In this document: positions 19,498 to 26,940 of the stretch, piece by piece
How positions within the stretch are numbered: position 1 is the stretch's first letter
Layout: every line of letters starts with the position of its first letter
Assembly: GCA_051546255.1 (NCBI GenBank)
Contig: CP128820.1
Span: forward strand, 496,001-560,000
DNA length: 64,000 bases
Direction of reading: 5' to 3'
Origin: Meyerozyma guilliermondii
Lineage: Eukaryota
Notes under the pieces: generated by a model
The model's input: only the letters and a program-made list of their open reading frames with translations
Told to the model about the DNA's origin: nothing
The model's database searches: none
Position numbers and translations under genes: made by a program

Positions 19498-21135
19498 CGG
19501 AATAATTGCTAAACAAAGCACCGGTTCCTGGCGCTTACTCATCACTGGTAGAAACATATAAATACTCTTACAATCTCATCTCGATTAAGTCATTAAGTCA
19601 ATGTGAACGGCATTTGAAAAGCCTAAAGTAAGCCAAAATAAATGGCGTATGAACTCAGTCAATGTTGATTACAATGAAAGTTCGAATTATTTGCAGAATT
19701 ATTATTTGAAACTGTGGAAACACCCATACACCACAACAAAGTGACCGATAAGTGCGAAGCAAGGTATAGCGTATTACAATTGTGTGAAGGTCAACTTTAT
19801 GCACCCTCAAGTGAATCAAGTCTCCCTCCACATTCGTTTCGTATTTTCTTAAAATATTTTGTTGGATCTCGGATTTAATTTTTCTTGTCTTTAGCCGCCG
19901 CAGCATTGTTGGATTCATGCACAAGTGATCCGAGCTCGGCAGTAATCTGGCGTTTCTTAATATTTTGCATCTTAGAGTTGAAATCGTCCAGAATTAACAA
20001 TTGGTATTGGGTGCAAAAATATTCCGAACCTTGACCTCATTTCTCCGAAACTAATAAGTCAAATTTAATTTTAATTTAATTGGATGATGAGTTCGAAAGC
20101 AAGTGAGCTCGACAAGTACAGGAGGATTTCTTATTAAAAGCCACAAAAGGGTCGACACGCTCCCCCCGCATATTCTTGCAGCAGATTGTTTCGGAAAATC
20201 GGCGTTGCACCCATGCACCAACTATATATATTCCTCGTAACGGAATAATTGCTGCATATTTTGCCCACATTTTTACTCGTACACGCCGCAATCGATAATG
20301 CGATGCAGGAAACCCAGCGTTTTTCTCGTCACTATCTGCACGATTACCTAACATTAAGGTTGTGAAACTGCGCAAACCAGCCGCTTTGCCCTTTCCGAAT
20401 TCCACTGAGACGCGATATTATTCTCCGAAAAAAAAATTCTGGTGACGCACATGTTGAGATTGCTTTGAAGACTTAACCAAAGCTTTTGAAAACGTTAATG
20501 GCTTCTGGAGATGGTAGTGTTTACAATTAGCGTTTACTCGAGCCTCAGGGTTCAATTTTACGAACCTCTAAGCCTCCACTCAGGGAAATGCAACCCCATG
20601 ATCCCCGCTATTGCAAATGCAACTTATGCATGTACCCCAATTTTCGTGAAAGTATTTGTGGGGCGTGTGGGGCCGCGTTAGGTTATGAACATGCCGAGGG
20701 GATTTGCCGAGTAAAAAATCATCATGCATGCTGAGATATACTGTGGGTTCTCGGTCTGCACTTCCCAACCAAGAAGTATTATTCCGCCGGAAGAACACTT
20801 GCATATAGTACGCCTTGGATTGTATCATCGCAGCATTTCGGGGATAAGCGACGGTAACTTAGGGTCTATTGAGCTATTTGGTACCAAATTACCATTATTC
20901 CGCAAAATCTGGAGATGTCATTGTGATCTAAATAAGACCAAAAACCCGTGCTCAATTAGCTCGATCGGTGTTGTGTCAGGAAGTGGTTTTTCCTGACGCA
21001 TGCACCCCGCATGAGCGGGAAAAAAAATTATTTTTTAGCCGCATGACGCCTTACCTCCAAAGCTGCAAATTCATCCAACACGATCGTTGAACCAAGATTT
21101 GGTGACCTGCAGTGTCGGCTCGGCACACTATAAAA
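19498..21135 (+). promoter_or_regulatory. Hexose-transporter promoter with ten Rgt1-type CGGANNA sites, six Mig1-type boxes and TATA
   Basis: CGGANNA/TNNTCCG at 19498, 19926, 20020, 20041, 20192, 20241, 20421, 20780, 20788, 20896; SYGGRG at 20164, 20603, 20658, 20667, 20909, 21005; TATAAAA 21129-21135. Confidence 0.65.
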
Positions 21136-21173
21136 GGCTGTTAATTCGTCGAGGATTTTTCATACGAAAACTT

Positions 21174-22772
21174 ATGGGATTAGAAGATAACGCACTCGTG
21201 CGTAAATATGTTAATGTCGGAGAGAAGAAGGCGGGATCCACTGGTATGGGGATCTTTGTCGGATTGTTTGCTGCGTTTGGAGGTATTTTGTTTGGTTACG
21301 ACACCGGAACCATTGGTGGAATCTTGGGAATGAAGTACGTGACAGAAAGATTTCCTCAAGACTGGAAACACGATAAAGGTGTTCCACAACATACATTCTC
21401 ATCATCGGAAAAATCTCTTATTGTGTCGATTTTATCGGTGGGTACTTTCTTTGGATCTTTGCTTGCTCCTTTACTTAACGATACCCTTGGACGTCGTTAT
21501 ACATTGATTATTTCTTCTTTACTTGTGTTCAATTTGGGAGTTATTTTACAAGCTGCTGCCACAGCCATTCCATTATTCTGTGCGGGTAGAGCCATTGCTG
21601 GATTTGGGGTGGGATTAATTTCTTCTTGTGTTCCACTTTACCAATCAGAATGTACTCCCAAGTGGATTAGAGGTGCGGTTGTGTCTCTTTATCAATGGGC
21701 AATTACCATTGGATTGTTGCTTGCAGCCTGTGTCAACCAAGGAACCAAAAACAGAAACGATTCTGGATCGTACAGAATTCCTATTTCCATTCAATTCTTG
21801 TGGTCGTTGATTTTGGGTATTGGTATGATTCTTTTGCCTGAATCTCCTCGGTTCTACATCCATGTTGGTAAAGATGACAAGGCCAAAGATTCGTTGAGAA
21901 GATTGAGAAAATTGCCCATTGATCACCCAGATTTAATTGAAGAGTACATGGACATCAAAGCCGCTTACGAGTTTGAATGTTCGTTTGGAAAGCCTTCTTT
22001 GGCTATGCTTTTCTCCAGAAACAACAAGCAGTTCAAAAGATTGATGACGGGTATTTGGCTTCAAGCTTTCCAACAATTGACCGGTGTGAATTTTATTTTC
22101 TACTACGGAACCACATTTTTCCAAAGTGCTGGTATCAAAAACGAGTTCTTGATTTCCTTGGCTACCAACATTGTTAACGTGGGAATGACAATTCCTGGTG
22201 TTATTGCAATTGAGCTTGTTGGACGTCGTAACTTGTTGTTGATTGGTGCCGCAGGTATGAGTATCTCGCAATTAATTGTGGCCATTGTGGGAGTAGCAGC
22301 AAGCTCCAAGGCAGCTAACCAAGTGTTGGTGGCCTTCTCGTGTATTTTTATTGCATTTTTCGCATCCACTTGGGGTCCTATTTGTTGGGTGGTTGTCGGT
22401 GAAATTTTCCCATTGAGAACAAGAGCCAAGTCTGTCGCCATGTCTACCGCTTCCAACTGGTTGTGGAACTGGGCAATTGCATACGCTACCCCATACATGG
22501 TGGACTCTGGAAAAGGAAATGCCAACTTGGGTTCCAAGGTTTTCTTCATTTGGGGTGGGTGCAACTTTTTGTGTTTCTTCTTCACTTACTTTATGGTCTA
22601 CGAAACCAAGGGTATGACTTTGGAGCAAATCGATGCCATGTACGAGCATGTTGACCACGCTTGGAAATCTCCATCATATGTTCCACTCGAGCACGAGTTC
22701 AGAGGAGAAATGTCTCCTCATTCCAGCACCAAGGCCGAGGGTATTTCCGAGGTCGAAGATGCTTCTGTATAA
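21174..22772 (+). CDS. HGT12: High-affinity sugar:H+ symporter (Hgt12/Gxs1-like sugar porter)
   Basis: MGLEDN..VNVGEKKAGST N-terminus as in Gxs1, GGILFGYDTG, PESPR, QQLTGVNFIFYYG, YETKG; no long sensor tail. Confidence 0.88.
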   Translation: MGLEDNALVRKYVNVGEKKAGSTGMGIFVGLFAAFGGILFGYDTGTIGGILGMKYVTERFPQDWKHDKGVPQHTFSSSEKSLIVSILSVGTFFGSLLAPLLNDTLGRRYTLIISSLLVFNLGVILQAAATAIPLFCAGRAIAGFGVGLISSCVPLYQSECTPKWIRGAVVSLYQWAITIGLLLAACVNQGTKNRNDSGSYRIPISIQFLWSLILGIGMILLPESPRFYIHVGKDDKAKDSLRRLRKLPIDHPDLIEEYMDIKAAYEFECSFGKPSLAMLFSRNNKQFKRLMTGIWLQAFQQLTGVNFIFYYGTTFFQSAGIKNEFLISLATNIVNVGMTIPGVIAIELVGRRNLLLIGAAGMSISQLIVAIVGVAASSKAANQVLVAFSCIFIAFFASTWGPICWVVVGEIFPLRTRAKSVAMSTASNWLWNWAIAYATPYMVDSGKGNANLGSKVFFIWGGCNFLCFFFTYFMVYETKGMTLEQIDAMYEHVDHAWKSPSYVPLEHEFRGEMSPHSSTKAEGISEVEDASV

Positions 22773-22807
22773 TTCAATTCACATTCTACTTTTCTTACTG
22801 TACTTAC

Positions 22808-22852
22808 CTCTATTGTCTGTTTCTCTACTGTCTTTTTCTCTACTGTCTGTTT
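22808..22852. repeat. 15-bp tandem repeat x3 overlapping the GRE2-like stop codon
   Basis: CTCTAYTGTCTKTTT at 22808, 22823 and 22838. Confidence 0.9.
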
Positions 22853-23847
22853 CTTATCTGAGCCACAACATCCTCCACGATTTTCTCCAACGGTGTAAAC
22901 TCAAATCCCAACAAATGCCGGGTTTTTTCATTTCGTTTGCTAGCCAAAGTCTTAATATCGGCGGGACCAGAACCAGGCGTTCCTTTGGGCACTTTCCCCT
23001 TCAATTGTGGGAACTTTTCGTTGATAATATCCACCATCATTTGCGTGCTAAAATTACCGTTTGTCATGAAAAGTCGCTGATTTATAGCCGAATCGTTCTC
23101 AAACGCAAATATATGTGCCTTGGCAACATCCCGCACATCGACATAACCTCCTTTGTCGTTTTCAAAAGATCCCGAAGGCCCAACCTTAAGTAAAGTGTTG
23201 ATCATTTCGTTGGAAGTGTTGAGTTTTTCACCAACTTCGCTGTCAAAAGCCTGCGGTCCAAACACATAAACTGGGTTGACGGCTGCCAACTTGAAGTTTG
23301 GCTTCTCTTCCTCCAAAAACTGCCATGCCAATTTTTCGGCAAACGTCTTGGCACCGTAGTAGGCAGAAATCGGGTCTTTGATCGCATCTTCATAGCTGAT
23401 TCCGTTCCAACTAGACTCGTCAAACGAGTTCAGGGCGTCCTGCTCGCCCTCATAAGAGTACAAGGCAGCGTCAGAAGAGGTGATAACCACCCGTTCGATT
23501 TGAGGACCGTATTTCTTGACGGCCGCGAGAATGTTGCGAGTACCATTGATGGCAGGAATTACCAAATCTTTTTCTGGATCTGTAGTATCGTAAAAGAACG
23601 GCGACGCGGTATGCAAAAGTACAGTAACTTCGGGGTGCGCCTTGATTGCAGCGTCAAACGCACCATCAGCGGTAATATCTTTAACCAATTCGTATTGAAA
23701 TTTTTCAGAATTCAAACATTTCTTCAACGTTTCACCTTTGGCTTCGGAACGCACCGAGCCAACAACATCGTAGCCCTTGGCAATCAATGCCTTCACTATA
23801 TGCTGGGCAATGAAGCCAGATGCTCCAGAAACAAAAACTGAAGTCAT
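22840..23847 (-). CDS. GRE2: NADPH-dependent methylglyoxal/aldehyde reductase, Gre2/Grp2 family
   Basis: VFVSGASGFIA, LHTASP, PAINGT, VVITSS, YYGAK, NPVYVFGPQ, DVRDVAKAH; orthology within this expanded family is uncertain. Confidence 0.85.
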   Translation of the reverse strand: MTSVFVSGASGFIAQHIVKALIAKGYDVVGSVRSEAKGETLKKCLNSEKFQYELVKDITADGAFDAAIKAHPEVTVLLHTASPFFYDTTDPEKDLVIPAINGTRNILAAVKKYGPQIERVVITSSDAALYSYEGEQDALNSFDESSWNGISYEDAIKDPISAYYGAKTFAEKLAWQFLEEEKPNFKLAAVNPVYVFGPQAFDSEVGEKLNTSNEMINTLLKVGPSGSFENDKGGYVDVRDVAKAHIFAFENDSAINQRLFMTNGNFSTQMMVDIINEKFPQLKGKVPKGTPGSGPADIKTLASKRNEKTRHLLGFEFTPLEKIVEDVVAQIRNRQ

Positions 23848-24132
23848 GACAAACAAAAGACAATCGGCGGTTTTGGAGCTTCGGATCTCATGCCCGTTTA
23901 AGGAAAGCACATACAGGACCGACCCACCGGTCAAAAAAGTGCCAAGAACAAAGACATTAATAACGAAAATGCAACAAATGCTAGCTCAATTTGCAGCCAT
24001 AGCTGTCAAGCTTCCCACATCATGCACGTTTGACATCTGCGTCTAAACACTGTGCATCATGCATAAAATCCCACGCATAGCTCCTGCAGGCGAGGCATCT
24101 CTAAAATACACCCCAACAGTAAATAAACCATC

Positions 24133-25401
24133 ATGGAATCCAATGGGCCACCACAAAGCCAAGACCATGGCGGGGAAACCCTCAGCAGCAATCTACCGTC
24201 CGGGTATGATCCCGACGAGCCTGAAATTCCGGTATCAAGACAATTGACAATGCGCAGAGAAGACTCACTTGCAGAAGCTATACCGTCCGGATATGCAGAA
24301 GACGATACACAGCCTCCCGTTTTGCGCCAGCGTCTGGGACGAAATCTGTCGCTTCTGGCGTCGTTGCCTGACGGTTACTATGACGAAAGTGACAAAGCCA
24401 GTCCAATACAGATGCTTTTTCTCGTTGAGCCCGGTTTCAAGACTTGGTTAAATATACTTAATGGTTCCATTTGGGGTGTTTTGGCTCGTAGAGGCCTTGA
24501 AGCACTCACTACATACAACGGGAGCTACCTCAGTGGAGTTGTATGGGCAAATTTCGCCGCTTGCGTAGTAATGGGAATGCTTGTGGAATCTCACGAGCTA
24601 TGGAAGATTACTGAAAGCGAACTTCAATCTGTGAAAGCATCGCTTCCATTGTACGTGGGAGCAGCCACAGGATTCTGTGGTACCCTCTCGTCATTTTCGT
24701 CGTTTATTCTTGAGATGTTCTACAAATCAACCAATACGGAACCAACCAATTTTTCTTACCCCAATAGGGCATATGGAATCATGGAATTTCTTGCCGTGGG
24801 TATAGTACAAGTTACTGTATCTCTCGGAGGATTCTATTTGGGTTCAGATATGCTTCGATTTTCCGACAGAAGGTTTCCTAGTATGTCTTTGAAAACTTAT
24901 CAAGTACTTGAATGGGTTTCCATGGTGGTGGGAGTTGTAGCCTATATTGTCACTATTGTGCTCATAGCCGTCAAAAAATCCGGATCCTGGCGCTCGTGGA
25001 TGTTCTCCGTCTTATTTGCTCCTTTTGGAGCATGGGGTCGATTCTACGTTTCTCGGTGGTTCAATACTCGCATCAAAGGATTTCCGCTAGGAACCTTTAT
25101 TGTAAATTTTTCAGGAACATTGCTACTTTCAATTTTTGTCGTTCTTTCTCGAGGAAAGACCTCAACGCTGCAACTAGTCATATCAACCATTGCTTGTCAA
25201 ATTCTTGAAGGCCTTAGTGATGGTTTTTGTGGAGGTCTTACTACAGTGAGCACATTTGCAGCCGAGTTAGCTGGTCTAATCAAAAGCTGGCACTTCTACC
25301 GCTACCTCATAATTTCGATAGTGGCGAGTTACGCCGTGACGATCCTTATCGCTGGATCCTACAATTGGACTCGTGGCTTCACCACCACCGTATGTTCTTG
25401 A
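24133..25401 (+). CDS. FEX1: Fluoride exporter with two Fluc/CrcB domains
   Basis: GVLARRG, WANFAAC, TGFCGTLSSFSSF, FPLGTFIVN, GFCGGLTTVSTF. Confidence 0.92.
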   Translation: MESNGPPQSQDHGGETLSSNLPSGYDPDEPEIPVSRQLTMRREDSLAEAIPSGYAEDDTQPPVLRQRLGRNLSLLASLPDGYYDESDKASPIQMLFLVEPGFKTWLNILNGSIWGVLARRGLEALTTYNGSYLSGVVWANFAACVVMGMLVESHELWKITESELQSVKASLPLYVGAATGFCGTLSSFSSFILEMFYKSTNTEPTNFSYPNRAYGIMEFLAVGIVQVTVSLGGFYLGSDMLRFSDRRFPSMSLKTYQVLEWVSMVVGVVAYIVTIVLIAVKKSGSWRSWMFSVLFAPFGAWGRFYVSRWFNTRIKGFPLGTFIVNFSGTLLLSIFVVLSRGKTSTLQLVISTIACQILEGLSDGFCGGLTTVSTFAAELAGLIKSWHFYRYLIISIVASYAVTILIAGSYNWTRGFTTTVCS

Positions 25402-25551
25402 CTCGGGAACCCGCATCCACCTGCATAAACGGTGCGTGTCTCTCATGCACATTGGACCCAGATGCGCTCGCATTCACCTCCCAAATTGGGAATCGCAGAG
25501 ATACCAATAAAACCTAGACTATTAGTCACTAATTTCATTTAATAGATTTTC

Positions 25552-26187
25552 ATGTACATTCCTAAGAAATACGCCGAGACAGACTGGGAGAAGCAAGCAG
25601 ATCTTATAGTCAATTATCCTTTGGGTACAGTTGTGACTTCTGGTGATCAAGGGCTCATCGCAAACCATATTCCCTTTTATCTCTACACTGATCTGGAAAC
25701 TGGAAAGTCGTACCTCAGAGCACATGTGGCCAAAGTGAACCACCAGGTCCCCAGCTTGAAAGAAAATGATAATGTGATGGTAATTTTTCAATCTGCAGAC
25801 TCCTATATTTCACCCAGCCATTATCCCGGAAAACAAGAAACCCATAAATATGTCCCAACGTGGGACTTTGCGGCTGTTCATGTATACGGAAAGTCCAGGA
25901 TCATTGATGACGGCAAGTGGGTTCGTAGCCAGCTAGACAGCTTCACTGCTCAAAATGAGACCAAACGAGCAGTTCCATGGAAGGTGAGCGATGCTCCAGA
26001 AAGCTATACTTCTGTCCTCATCAAAGCGATTACTGGCTTGGAGATCGAGATTGACAGAACAGAGTGCAAGTTCAAATTTGAGCAGGAGAAGTCTCGGAAG
26101 GATATTGACGGAGTAATTGAAGGACTTGAGAAAGAGAACCCTGTCGTCTCAGAAATGGTCAGAGAAGCTAATAAGGTCAAGAGCTAG
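25552..26187 (+). CDS. PaiB-family split-barrel FMN/heme-binding protein
   Basis: MYIP start, ANHIPF, AHVAKVN, YISPSHYP, VPTWDFAAVHVYG, PWKVSDAPESY. Confidence 0.88.
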   Translation: MYIPKKYAETDWEKQADLIVNYPLGTVVTSGDQGLIANHIPFYLYTDLETGKSYLRAHVAKVNHQVPSLKENDNVMVIFQSADSYISPSHYPGKQETHKYVPTWDFAAVHVYGKSRIIDDGKWVRSQLDSFTAQNETKRAVPWKVSDAPESYTSVLIKAITGLEIEIDRTECKFKFEQEKSRKDIDGVIEGLEKENPVVSEMVREANKVKS

Positions 26188-26261
26188 ACCAGAATATCAT
26201 AGAATGAATCCAAGAATAGAATCCAATCAACGAAGAATATGAATCTTGCTCATCACCTGGT

Positions 26262-26864
26262 CTAGTAAGGTGCAAACCTGCCTCCCCCACGAGGCCCTCT
26301 TCCTCGTCCTCTTCCTCCTCGTCCTCTCGCTCGGAATGCTCCTCGTCCTCTGAATCCCCCGCGTCCACCTCGGCTGTTGACTCCAGGAATGTTGGTTCTT
26401 TTCGCACTCACCTTGAGTTCTCGACCATGGAACGACGAGCCGTCTTGGGTAGCTACTGCTTTATTGACGCCATCCACATCAGCAAACTCCAAATACGCAA
26501 AACCCTTGGGCTGTCCAGTATGTTTGTTGGTCAAAATCGTCACTCTATTGACGACTCCACTACTGGAAAAATGTTGCTGAAGCTCCAATGGCGTGGCCCC
26601 GTAATCCACATTGCCAATATATATCGACCGGGAATCGATATCCCGTCTCTCCTCCTCGGTATCTCCTCCCTTGTCTTCGCTTAGCTGGGCATGAAGTTCT
26701 CTAAGCTTTGCAGCTTCTCGCTCCATTTCTTCCATTCGCTGCTTAATCATTTCTGCTTCCATTTGCTTCTCAGATGTCATTTCCTTGTCTACAGAAGTGC
26801 TGGAGTCGGCAATCTCAACCGCCACAGGCTGCTGCTGGACCTCCATCGATATTTCATCAGACAT
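26262..26864 (-). CDS. SGN1: Poly(A)-binding RRM protein (PABPN1/Pab2 family)
   Basis: Coiled coil, DSRSIYIGNVDY, KGFAYLEF, KRTNIPG, RGG tail ending FAPY. Confidence 0.92.
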   Translation of the reverse strand: MSDEISMEVQQQPVAVEIADSSTSVDKEMTSEKQMEAEMIKQRMEEMEREAAKLRELHAQLSEDKGGDTEEERRDIDSRSIYIGNVDYGATPLELQQHFSSSGVVNRVTILTNKHTGQPKGFAYLEFADVDGVNKAVATQDGSSFHGRELKVSAKRTNIPGVNSRGGRGGFRGRGAFRARGRGGRGRGRGPRGGGRFAPY

Positions 26865-26940
26865 GTTGTGAAGTATTGGCAAACTAACTTTCAAACAGAA
26901 CCTTGTTCGCACCGGTGCACCCATACTAAGCGTCCACCAC

